This document shows positions 49,901 through 58,036 of a DNA stretch of 64,000 nt, piece after piece. Origin of the DNA: Clostridiales bacterium (GTDB lineage: Bacteria; Bacillota; Clostridia; Saccharofermentanales; Saccharofermentanaceae). The notes under the pieces are model-generated. The model worked only from the letters and a program-made list of their open reading frames with translations, did not search any database and had not been told where the DNA came from. The DNA lies in the NCBI GenBank assembly GCA_017513085.1, contig JAFWDK010000023.1, positions 24,343 to 88,342 on the forward strand, in the 5' to 3' direction. Positions within the stretch are counted from its first letter, which is position 1, and the number at the start of each line of letters is the position of its first letter. Both the position numbers and the translations under genes were made by a program.

Positions 49901-50149
49901 CGAAGTCGGAAGTCCATTGGAATTGTTATACAAAACAGGAGAATACCCTCGCGATATTCCGGAAAGTGATGTATCATCCGTTCCCGGCTTCGCGCTTTCC
50001 TCCACCAAAGCGGACATGCTCTCTATAGGATCACTCTCATCCGCCGCCAAGTGTCTGGGAAAAGCAAAAGGAAAAAGCCCGGACAACCCCACAAGCAAAG
50101 CAAGGCAGGCACTTCCAAGTGCTTCTGCATAAGATCTATTCCGTTTCAT
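47000..50149 (-). CDS. Membrane sensor: beta-propeller (Reg_prop) and Y_Y_Y domains fused to an HD-GYP phosphodiesterase
   Basis: Signal/TM segment, repeated 'D..G.LWIGT..G' blades, YSLEGFD..DYTNLSGGKYTF, TM helix, then HSTRVA, LLHDIGK, HHERPDGRGYP, VADTFDAM. Confidence 0.9.
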   Translation of the reverse strand: MKRNRSYAEALGSACLALLVGLSGLFPFAFPRHLAADESDPIESMSALVEESAKPGTDDTSLSGISRGYSPVLYNNSNGLPTSEANAIVQTPDGFLWIGSYSGLIRYDGNTFERIDSAKTQITSVVTLFVDSRNRLWVGTNDNGVGVLEREKWYIFNKQNGLQSLSIKDIAEDENGMIYLATTEGVAIVDRNMNIRSADAPQIKGAYVRQIKLGQDNTIYALTIDGTIFTLRDGELTSYKTPKDLGVSDIHAILPDPENPDHIYCATKGSQVYYGLLSEGFSEPIADIAPLGYVNAIQKLGEEIWVCTDNGIGRISDGKCIPLENIPMTTSIEGMMDDYQKNLWFVSSQQGVMKIVPNRFCNLYEQYDLKNDVVYSTCMYNDRLFIGTKTSGLVIMENRSIVDSIPLSQAVYASGGELPEKDLIKLLSTSKIRSIIRDSKNNLWISSFGEYPLVRYDGRNAVVFDMDQGLPSNRVRTVYECADGAFAVACTGGVAIVSGNKVEKVYSENEGVHNDEILTVIQAQNGDFLIGTDGDGIYVLSGSGVKHINTDNGLRSDVVMRIKKDHRRDLYWVVTSNSIAYLNSDYEVITIKNFPYSNNFDIYQNKADDIWVLSSNGIYVTSTETMIKNEEIQTFFYGMRNGLSCYATSNSYSDLMENGDLYISGSSGVVLTNIDESKDVDDDILISVPYIEVDGEKIYPDHDGAFTLQPHAQKTTIYVYCFNYSLVDPMLTYSLEGFDRTPTTLRRSEIKPIDYTNLSGGKYTFRLQLLNSHGDVQKELTVQIHKRVAVIETRWFNLLGICFVIFLTVLFTAIFIRKKIEKLKKKSAEQKLLIREIVEAFAKVIDMKDRYTNGHSTRVAEYTAKLARELGYDEETVEKYYNIALLHDIGKVGISIETLNKPGRLTDEEFKEIKSHSGKGYNVLKDISIMPELAIGARDHHERPDGRGYPKGISGEEIPRVAQIIAVADTFDAMYSDRPYRKRMNFDKAISIIREVSGTQLTSDVVDAFLRLVEKGEFRAEDDNGGGTFEDISNIHKAQEQNEDDKEGK

Positions 50150-50296
50150 TCAAACAGTATGCCACCTCGTTTCCCATTTATACCACTTTCCTAAAATTCA
50201 CTTTATCACTATGAAAATGCATGTGCAAAGGTTTCTAGCGATTGTTAATGGAAAGTTCTTATTTACGTTCGGGACACGGGCGTTTGTACACGGATC

Positions 50297-51340
50297 CTAC
50301 GCGTTTTTCGCCTCATCATATCTTTTTTCGACTTCCGCCCAGTATGCTTCCAGCTTCTTGTCTCCACGCGCGCTCGTAATGCCGTACTTTTCCACAAGGA
50401 TCTTTCCCAGGAAAGAGGCACATTTTTCCGCACCGGTGACGTTCATGTGAAGTCCGGCGTCGTAGGTATCCACGTTATAGTCGATGCCGATCTCAGACTC
50501 GGCAATATTCAGCATGTTAATGTAAAGAAGGTCATGTGCCTTCGCATACTCCACCATCTGCTCGTCCCACTCCTCGTACCAGTGCGGATACAGCGACGGC
50601 GACTTGATCAGGACCAGCTTGATCCCCTTCTCCTGACAAAGTTCCGTCATTAAATCGAGATAGGCCATGGCATAGTCACCAAACTTCGGGTCTGCCAAAG
50701 GTCTTGCCGGCGGCATCTCCCCGGCCGGCATGATCTCCGTTCGCAGGTAGTATCCGTTGAAAGACACCGTATCTTTCGTAAACCAATACTTGAAATCCTC
50801 GGACGTCAGCTCGTTCCAGCGGCTGTGATAGCGAAGGATCGGGAAGATATAGTCGATCATGTTCTCATCCTCGCACATGGACGCCTTGATCGCATTCCAT
50901 TTGCTCGAATTCCAGCGCATGCCGTCCAGCGCCATGCGGTTATAGGCCTCATTTTGCGGTTCATTATACATCAGGGAAAGAACATTGAACACCACTACAT
51001 CAGGCGTTTCATAGCGAAGCGCATCCTCAAGAAGGTAGTATGACTGCCATACCAGCTGCTGCGCGCCCCCCCGGATGAAACTGTTAATGCCGAATTCCCG
51101 CCAAAGCTGCACGGTCGAGAAATTCTCATATACTTCACAATCCCCGACGAAAAGCACTTGATGCCGGCCTTTTGCCTGATAATATTCGGCGGTGAGCGCG
51201 CCTTCCGTTACCTCGCCCATATATTTCGGGCGCAGGAGCAGATCTACCGCATACGTCAGCAAGGCAGAGAGGACCAGCAGCGCCAGGACCAGCGCCACAC
51301 GCTTGCATTTATTCTTTCTTGTATTCTGCTCTTCTGACAT
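50297..51340 (-). CDS. Membrane-anchored SGNH/DltD-like acyltransferase
   Basis: N-terminal TM helix, block I VLFVGDCE, late YDAGLHMNVTGA. Lies directly after the MBOAT gene. Confidence 0.75.
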   Translation of the reverse strand: MSEEQNTRKNKCKRVALVLALLVLSALLTYAVDLLLRPKYMGEVTEGALTAEYYQAKGRHQVLFVGDCEVYENFSTVQLWREFGINSFIRGGAQQLVWQSYYLLEDALRYETPDVVVFNVLSLMYNEPQNEAYNRMALDGMRWNSSKWNAIKASMCEDENMIDYIFPILRYHSRWNELTSEDFKYWFTKDTVSFNGYYLRTEIMPAGEMPPARPLADPKFGDYAMAYLDLMTELCQEKGIKLVLIKSPSLYPHWYEEWDEQMVEYAKAHDLLYINMLNIAESEIGIDYNVDTYDAGLHMNVTGAEKCASFLGKILVEKYGITSARGDKKLEAYWAEVEKRYDEAKNA

Positions 51341-51354
51341 ATCTCAACCTCGAT

Positions 51355-52980
51355 TCAGAATTGATTGTAAATGAACTGGGCGGCATCGTAGCCAAGACCG
51401 TACGCGCCGAACACGATAATGACAAGCGTCAGCACGTAAAAGATCGCCCAGCGCCCTGCAAACGGGATCTTCTTCTCCATTTTGTCACGGACAGAACCGG
51501 AACGTCCGATCATGCTGACAACGATCAGAAGGATCGTGCCAAGTCCCAGGATCACGTAGTCCGAACGGACAAGACCAAGTTCCAGAAGCGTACCGTTTCC
51601 GAAAGACTTCCAGTTCCATGTCGTAAACATCGTGCCGAACATCTTGAAGGTCAGCGGCACATCGCGGTAACAGTCGAATAATCGAAGCGCGCTCATGAGA
51701 AGGACAGTACGTCCGACCTGAAATGTCTTGTACGTCGTACTTCCGTCTGTGTGAAATCTCTTATGGAAACGGCGGTACAGCGGTTCCAGTTCCTGTGAGA
51801 TCATGATGACCACGAAGTTCCCAAGTCCCCATACTATGAAGTTCCAGGAAGCCCCGTGCCAGATACCGGTCGTGAACCAGACGATAAAGGAAGCCAGATA
51901 TACCGGAATACGTTTCCCGACCTTCTCACCAAGGTGTTTGCGGCTCCACTTGCCGAGCTTCAGCATCGGTCCACTGACCGAGATCGGGTAGAAAATATAA
52001 TCCGTAAACCACGTTCCCATCGTGATATGCCAGCGCCGCCAGTACTCCGCAATATTCTTACTGAAGAATGGCCGCTCGAAGTTTTCTTTCATCGGAATAC
52101 CAAGCATTTCCGCGATACCGATCGTAATGTCGATGCCACCCGTAAAATCCGCATAAAGCTCAAGTGCATAAAACATCATGACCAGAAATACATAGACACC
52201 TTTATAGTTTTCCGGCGTATCGATCATGGTATTCACCGCAGTCAGGATACGGTCAGCAATGACAACTTTCTTGAAATATCCCCAGATCACACGCTCAAGT
52301 CCACGCTCCAGCACCCGGCCGTTGAACGGATGCGGCGTGAAAAGCTCTTTGGCCAGATCACCATACCGGCTGATCGGGCCTTGCACCAGCTGGGGAAAGA
52401 AACCTACGAACAATGCATATTTGAAAAAGTTCTTCTGCGCTTCATGGCGTTCCCGGTAAACATCAATCACATAGCTGACCGCCTGGAATGTATAAAAAGA
52501 AATACCCATCGGCAGCGCGATCGTCAGAAAGCCGATCCTTTGGGAAGATCCGAATGCCGACAGAAGGCCGTTAATGTTGTGGATCGTAAAATTCGTGTAT
52601 TTTACTACCGCCAGGATCAGGAGAGCGATCGTAATGCCCACTCCCATGATGCGGCGGCGCTTCTTCTTCTGCGATTCTTTGTAACGTTTTCGCGCCTCCT
52701 TGCCGCACTCTTCCGGGGCACCTTCTCCACTTTTCTCCAGTGCTTTCAGCTCGGCAAAACGCGCATCAGCGCGGTTCTTGTTCCGCGAGATCAGAAGCGC
52801 GGCAACGTACGTGATCACAGTCACGCCGGCAATATAAAAGAGGAACTTCCATCCTGCGAAGAAATAAAACACATATGACCCCAGCAGAAGCAAGGGCCAC
52901 TTTGCCTTCTTCGGCAGCACGTAGTAAAGTGCCACCAGAAGGATCACAAATCCGATAAATTGGTAGGAAGTAAACAGCAT
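51355..52980 (-). CDS. MBOAT family membrane O-acyltransferase (DltB/AlgI type)
   Basis: LPMGISFYTFQ, FFPQLVQGPI, YWRRWHITMG, catalytic GIWHG, C-terminal FIYNQF. Confidence 0.93.
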   Translation of the reverse strand: MLFTSYQFIGFVILLVALYYVLPKKAKWPLLLLGSYVFYFFAGWKFLFYIAGVTVITYVAALLISRNKNRADARFAELKALEKSGEGAPEECGKEARKRYKESQKKKRRRIMGVGITIALLILAVVKYTNFTIHNINGLLSAFGSSQRIGFLTIALPMGISFYTFQAVSYVIDVYRERHEAQKNFFKYALFVGFFPQLVQGPISRYGDLAKELFTPHPFNGRVLERGLERVIWGYFKKVVIADRILTAVNTMIDTPENYKGVYVFLVMMFYALELYADFTGGIDITIGIAEMLGIPMKENFERPFFSKNIAEYWRRWHITMGTWFTDYIFYPISVSGPMLKLGKWSRKHLGEKVGKRIPVYLASFIVWFTTGIWHGASWNFIVWGLGNFVVIMISQELEPLYRRFHKRFHTDGSTTYKTFQVGRTVLLMSALRLFDCYRDVPLTFKMFGTMFTTWNWKSFGNGTLLELGLVRSDYVILGLGTILLIVVSMIGRSGSVRDKMEKKIPFAGRWAIFYVLTLVIIVFGAYGLGYDAAQFIYNQF

Positions 52981-53021
52981 ACTTTATCTCATCGTGAGGA
53001 ACATCGCATCCGCAGTGTTAT

Positions 53022-53252
53022 TTAATCGTCGTCCTCAAGCGTTAGGATCAGGTTCCACAGAGCCTGTGCCGAGTTAAAGTTCTCGGGGATCATGTGTTCC
53101 GCCGAGATCACGACATCGAACTTATCTGCAATTTCTCCCACGAGGGAGATAATATCGAAAGAATCCAGGATCTTGCCGTCCACCAGATTCGTTGCTGTCT
53201 CATAGTCCACATCCGGGTGAATCTCTTGTAATATCGCAATCAGTTCGTCCAT
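53022..53252 (-). CDS. Acyl/aminoacyl carrier protein (DltC-like)
   Basis: 76 aa and acidic, with phosphopantetheine site ILDSFDII and PENFNS. RBS GAGGTG precedes ATG 53252. Confidence 0.88.
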   Translation of the reverse strand: MDELIAILQEIHPDVDYETATNLVDGKILDSFDIISLVGEIADKFDVVISAEHMIPENFNSAQALWNLILTLEDDD

Positions 53253-53369
53253 AACTTGCACCTCATAAGGATCATTCATTCGGTATAATATCATTTTTCA
53301 AGCATTTAGAAAACTCACTTTGCCTTGGCACTCCCCGGGCATAGCGTCTTCATCATGCCAATATCCGGC

Positions 53370-54881
53370 TTACACCATGGCGGCCAGTGTCACCCGGTCC
53401 GTCTTTCCATTACTGGTCAGCGGGATCGTGTCCAGTTTCTTCGTGACATTCGGTACCATGTACCGCGGCAGGCTCTCCTTGAGAAGGACCTTCATGTCGG
53501 CTTCCTCTTTGTCTCCGCTATAGAAAAGCACTATCTTCTCTTTGGCTTTGTCATAGATGCAGGCCGCGCCCGTAATGCCATTGATCATCTGCGCATTGAC
53601 CTCGATCTCACCAAGTTCAATACGGTGTCCCATATGCTTGATCTGAAAATCTTTTCTCGACACGAACATCAGCTCACCACGCTCGTTGTAACGGCCGATA
53701 TCACCGGTCCGGTAGATGAGCTCCGGCCACGCCGTCTGAAGCGGGTTGCGCGTAAAAGCTTCCGATGTTTTTTCGGGATTATTCATATAACCCAGCGTCA
53801 AAGATGTACCGCGAATGCAGATCTCGCCCTGCTCTCCGCTTTCACGCGTGACTTCACGGTTATCCTCATCAAGCAGGATGATGTCCGTGTTATCGAACGG
53901 CCGTCCGATCGGGATCGCTTCACCATCTTCAAAATCTCTGTCCACCCGATAGTAACAGCACATGCCTGTGCCTTCCGTCGGTCCATAAAGGTTGGTAAAA
54001 GTCGCCTCCGGAAGCGCCTGACGCCACATTCTGAATTGTTTGATCGGAAATACTTCGGAGCCGAAAGCAATCGTCCGCAAGTATTTCGGGATCTCGGTCT
54101 TGAAGGTTTGAAACTTCGAAATGATCGTCAAAGCCGATACGACCCAGCACACCGTGTTGATCTTGTGTTCGTTCAGATACTGCACCAGTTTCAATGGCTG
54201 CATGAAGAGCGGCTTTGGAACAAAATACGTCGTCGCGCCAAAACGGATCGTCGGGAAAAGCTCTTTGAAACAAGCATCGAGATATAGTGGTGTCTGGTTG
54301 CCAAACACCGTTTCCGAAGAAAAACCGAGCACTTCGGAGAGCTGGTCGATATAGTCATTCACGGCACGATGGCAGCCCACCACGCCTTTCGGCACGCCTG
54401 TGGAACCGGATGTAAAAACAACATAGAGCGGATCCGTATCGATCGAGGAACGATACACTTCGTTCAGCGCCGCATCGTCGATCGTCTCATCCTCTAAGAT
54501 CTCCGAATACTTCACGATCCTGCCCTGAAACCCCAGTTCAAGTGCTTTTTCCGATGTAAAATCATCACAGATCAGCAGAGGCGCCTGAACATTTTCCAGG
54601 ATCAAGTGGATGCGGACGGATGGCATCTCTGCATCGATCGGCACATAGAAACTTCCGGCGCGGATCACACCGAAAAAAGCAGCCACTTCTTCAGGGGACT
54701 TCTCCATATAAATCACGATCGGGCTTTTTCTGATCCCGCAAGACAGAATGAATGTCCCGATCCGATCTACGGCGTGATCCAGCTGTTGAAACGTCAGGAT
54801 CGAGTTTTCTCCGCAAAAAGCAGCCTTGTCCGGGAAGCGTCCCGCGGTATTTTTCAGGTTTTGAAGCACATGATTATGCAT
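53370..54881 (-). CDS. Stand-alone amino acid adenylation enzyme (DltA-like)
   Basis: YVVFTSGSTGVPKG, NLYGPTE, GEICI, YRTGD, QIKHMGHRIELGEIE, LTSNGKTDR. Confidence 0.92.
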   Translation of the reverse strand: MHNHVLQNLKNTAGRFPDKAAFCGENSILTFQQLDHAVDRIGTFILSCGIRKSPIVIYMEKSPEEVAAFFGVIRAGSFYVPIDAEMPSVRIHLILENVQAPLLICDDFTSEKALELGFQGRIVKYSEILEDETIDDAALNEVYRSSIDTDPLYVVFTSGSTGVPKGVVGCHRAVNDYIDQLSEVLGFSSETVFGNQTPLYLDACFKELFPTIRFGATTYFVPKPLFMQPLKLVQYLNEHKINTVCWVVSALTIISKFQTFKTEIPKYLRTIAFGSEVFPIKQFRMWRQALPEATFTNLYGPTEGTGMCCYYRVDRDFEDGEAIPIGRPFDNTDIILLDEDNREVTRESGEQGEICIRGTSLTLGYMNNPEKTSEAFTRNPLQTAWPELIYRTGDIGRYNERGELMFVSRKDFQIKHMGHRIELGEIEVNAQMINGITGAACIYDKAKEKIVLFYSGDKEEADMKVLLKESLPRYMVPNVTKKLDTIPLTSNGKTDRVTLAAMV

Positions 54882-54890
54882 ATTATTCTC

Positions 54891-55580
54891 CTATCGCATA
54901 CATTCGCGCACACAGGCCGCCGCCAAAACGTCGATGATGTCGATGTATTTTTCATCCAGATCCAGGTCCAGTTTCGCTTCGGAAAGTTCGGTACATCCGA
55001 GAACGATAGATTCCGCGCCACTCTCGAAAAGGCCGATCGCCACTCGGGAGAACGTTTTCGGAGAGATTGGGATGCCTTGCTTAACGCACTTATAGATCAT
55101 GTCCATCACATCCTGCTGCCCTTCTTTTTCCGGCCAGAAGCAAGTCACACCATATCCTGTCAGTACGTCGTCATAGATCCTGCTGATCCTGGCTCCGTCA
55201 GTGGCCATGATACCGACTTTCGTCACGCCTTTTTCCCAGCAGACTTCGCCGAGTTCCCGGATTGCGTGCAGAACAGAAAGCCCGATCCCTTCCTCCAGCT
55301 CGCTATGAAAAGCGTGTGCAGTAATGCATGGGATCGCCAGAACCTCCGCTCCGTTTTCACGGAGTGTCCGTCCGACTTTGATCAGAGCCGGCCGCGGATC
55401 CTCTGCCGCAGGATCCCGCGAAAGCAGGAATGCTGTACGATCCGGTATTTGCGGCATTGAGTAGATCAAGGTCTCAATATGATCCTGGTCTCGTTTAGCG
55501 GGCGTCAGATCGACGACCCGACGGTAGAAATACGCAGTCGCCCATGGTCCTAAGCCTCCGATGATCCCTAACTTTTTCAA
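54891..55580 (-). CDS. Aspartate/glutamate racemase family protein (aspartate racemase-like)
   Basis: LGIIGGLGPWAT, DQDH, IPDRT, with two catalytic Cys motifs IPCITAH and LGCTEL. TTG start. Confidence 0.92.
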   Translation of the reverse strand: MKKLGIIGGLGPWATAYFYRRVVDLTPAKRDQDHIETLIYSMPQIPDRTAFLLSRDPAAEDPRPALIKVGRTLRENGAEVLAIPCITAHAFHSELEEGIGLSVLHAIRELGEVCWEKGVTKVGIMATDGARISRIYDDVLTGYGVTCFWPEKEGQQDVMDMIYKCVKQGIPISPKTFSRVAIGLFESGAESIVLGCTELSEAKLDLDLDEKYIDIIDVLAAACVRECMR

Positions 55581-55625
55581 TTCGTTTTTTCCTCTTCTCT
55601 TCTTCGATCCGTCCGATGCAACGCT

Positions 55626-57293
55626 TTACGGCACCTGGATCTCATATTTGCTTTCGTCATAGTAGAAATATCCCCTATGTGAATCAGAATATTCTTTCAT
55701 CTGTTTGGATGTCCACATGAAGAAACGTGTACCGTCCTCCTTTGTCAGTGCATCACAGAAATACCAGACACCTTCGATCTTGACGGCGTTCCAGAAGTGC
55801 TGGGCATATGTGATCGGATATCTTTCCACCATAAAGGTCTCAATTCCGGCGCGAGTATAAAGCGCATGGCAAGCTGAAGCAACATTGAAACAGTCTCCGA
55901 TCCGGTTCTTGATACCATCGTAAGCACCCTGCACCCAGGTCACTTTCTCCGCATGGCCCTTGTAAGTGATGCTCCAGTCAACCCAGTTAAAGATTGCTTC
56001 CACCTTTTCCTTCTCGGACATACCATCGCGCAGGATCTGATCCAGTACCTGATCGCAAAGCGCCCAGAGATCATCTTCCGTATACGGGCGATACACGACG
56101 GTCACGGTGATTTCTTCTTTCGTCTCATTTCCGGCGCCGTCCACCGCGCTGTAAACAACTTTATATGTTCCTTCCTGCGTCAGATCCACCTGGGAATTAT
56201 CTACGGTAAACGTAATATCCGGATCCGCGTTATCTGTAACGGTAATTCCTTCTTTGTAGGCGATGCTCTGGTTCGTCAGAACCGTGATATTCTTCATACC
56301 GGTAAGAACCGGCGGCTCTGTATCAGCTGTAAGCACGATATGCGCCGTTACGATCTTTTCATTGCCGCCCTGGTCGGTCAGCCGGATCTGCACATCCCTT
56401 TCTCCGGGCTGTTCGAAATGCGGATCTTCCACGAATTCCACATTTACATTGGTAGCGTCAGACAAGCCCTCGATCAGATCCTTCGCTTCGCGCGGATAAG
56501 AAGCGAACCCTTCGTAGCGAATACCTTTCGCTTCCGGCGGCTTCGTATCTTTCAGGTGTAAAACACTGTCGTATCTGACTCCGTCAACGGTAAACGAGAT
56601 CGTATAATCTCCAGGCACATTCATGTCGATACCCGCAAGCGACGTCTCTATTTTTGCCGTTTTTTCCCCGAAGGCAAAATCACTCTCGCCCGGTCTTGTA
56701 TCGCCGGTCTCCATCGTGATCTCCGGGTAAATGCCGATCACACGCAAAGATGTGCGGACCTGCGTCAGATTGTTTCCTTTATCGGTACAGTTGATCAGGA
56801 CATCCTGTTCGCCGACTTTTTGAAAGTCCGGAGTCTGGACAAATGTTGTCGAGCACTCACTCTCATCTACCACGCTCGTGATGAAATCCTCCACGTTAAG
56901 CGTCTGGCCAAACATGACCACCTGTGGCTTTGCTTCCAGTTTCGGCGCGATAGTGTCCGTCACGATCAGTTTCGACTTATAGGAACGGCTGCCCAACTGG
57001 ATCTCGACCGGGTATTCGCCCGGAACATGGACATCAAAAGCAGACGTACCATACTTAAACGAAGCCGATTTCCGATCGAAACCGAACCGCACGAATTCTT
57101 CCGCGGAAACCGCCGTTCCGGCCTCCACACAGCACTCTTTATACACACGTTTTTCGAAATAAATATACAAGAAAACACCGGCCAGGACACATAACAACGC
57201 CAATGTGATCCCGATTGCGACCGGGAGCTTTCTTGAGCGCTTTTTCTTCTTGGCAAAAGGATCTCTTACTGGATTCGGATTACGATGTTTCAC
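55626..57293 (-). CDS. Membrane-anchored Ig-like repeat protein with C-terminal transglutaminase-like domain
   Basis: TM helix, repeats marked by DT.(A/P)P, then GDCFNVA..AGI..HFWNAV..WYFCD (Cys-His-Asp). Confidence 0.8.
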   Translation of the reverse strand: MKHRNPNPVRDPFAKKKKRSRKLPVAIGITLALLCVLAGVFLYIYFEKRVYKECCVEAGTAVSAEEFVRFGFDRKSASFKYGTSAFDVHVPGEYPVEIQLGSRSYKSKLIVTDTIAPKLEAKPQVVMFGQTLNVEDFITSVVDESECSTTFVQTPDFQKVGEQDVLINCTDKGNNLTQVRTSLRVIGIYPEITMETGDTRPGESDFAFGEKTAKIETSLAGIDMNVPGDYTISFTVDGVRYDSVLHLKDTKPPEAKGIRYEGFASYPREAKDLIEGLSDATNVNVEFVEDPHFEQPGERDVQIRLTDQGGNEKIVTAHIVLTADTEPPVLTGMKNITVLTNQSIAYKEGITVTDNADPDITFTVDNSQVDLTQEGTYKVVYSAVDGAGNETKEEITVTVVYRPYTEDDLWALCDQVLDQILRDGMSEKEKVEAIFNWVDWSITYKGHAEKVTWVQGAYDGIKNRIGDCFNVASACHALYTRAGIETFMVERYPITYAQHFWNAVKIEGVWYFCDALTKEDGTRFFMWTSKQMKEYSDSHRGYFYYDESKYEIQVP

Positions 57294-57316
57294 TTGTTCA
57301 TTCCTCGATTAACGGA

Positions 57317-58033
57317 TCACTGCTTCTTGATCTCAGACTCCAACACTTTTGCAGTCCATTTCGCATCGATCAGTTCATAGCAGGCAGTCTTCTTCTTTGG
57401 CAGCTTATCTTCAAACAACCGGATCATTTCTTCATACAACCCGTCCGGAATAGCGGCAAACAGCGTCTTCTCATCTCTGGTAATGATGACGAATCCGTCT
57501 TTGCCATCTTTCTTCTCATAAAGCACCTGCACGGCTTTGATGTCCGGATTCTGCTTGGTGAACTGTGAGAACACGAAAGCTTTTGTCAATTCAATATAGC
57601 GGTCATCCAGGCCATTGTCGAAGATCTTGATCTTCTCACAGAGTTCATTCGGATTTCTAACGGCACGCATAGTGCAAACCATCGCGGCCTTAAGCATATC
57701 CGGCGACCATGTGTTCTGCTGGGCATTCATCTTCTCCAGAGCATCTTCTGTGTTTCCCGGAAGCAGATACACCATCAAGGTCTGCCCCATGTCGTCGTAA
57801 AGGCACGGATAAACGATTGAAACCTTCTCTCCGCATTCCTTGCAAGTGTACTTAAAGAAAGAGCCATCCAGAACCTGCTGCTTCTCTTCCGGGTGAAGAG
57901 ATACGTTTATGCAAGCACGCAACTGTATCTTCTTCTTCGTTTTGCACTTCGGGCAAGTGATCTCTGCCTCGACCGGCTTATATCTTTCCTGCTCATTAGG
58001 AAGTAATGGATGCGGTGTAGATTTGTTTGTCAT
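57317..58033 (-). CDS. CpXC domain protein
   Basis: ITCPKC..INV..P..K..LDGSFF..CKECG..YPCLYDD, ELCEKIKIF. Confidence 0.82.
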   Translation of the reverse strand: MTNKSTPHPLLPNEQERYKPVEAEITCPKCKTKKKIQLRACINVSLHPEEKQQVLDGSFFKYTCKECGEKVSIVYPCLYDDMGQTLMVYLLPGNTEDALEKMNAQQNTWSPDMLKAAMVCTMRAVRNPNELCEKIKIFDNGLDDRYIELTKAFVFSQFTKQNPDIKAVQVLYEKKDGKDGFVIITRDEKTLFAAIPDGLYEEMIRLFEDKLPKKKTACYELIDAKWTAKVLESEIKKQ

Positions 58034-58036
58034 AAA

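Noticed and set aside
50297-54881. Calling the cluster a canonical dltABCD operon or an NRPS
   Set aside because: The adenylation pocket lacks the DltA residues and a racemase is attached. There are no condensation or thioesterase domains, so dlt symbols were withheld.
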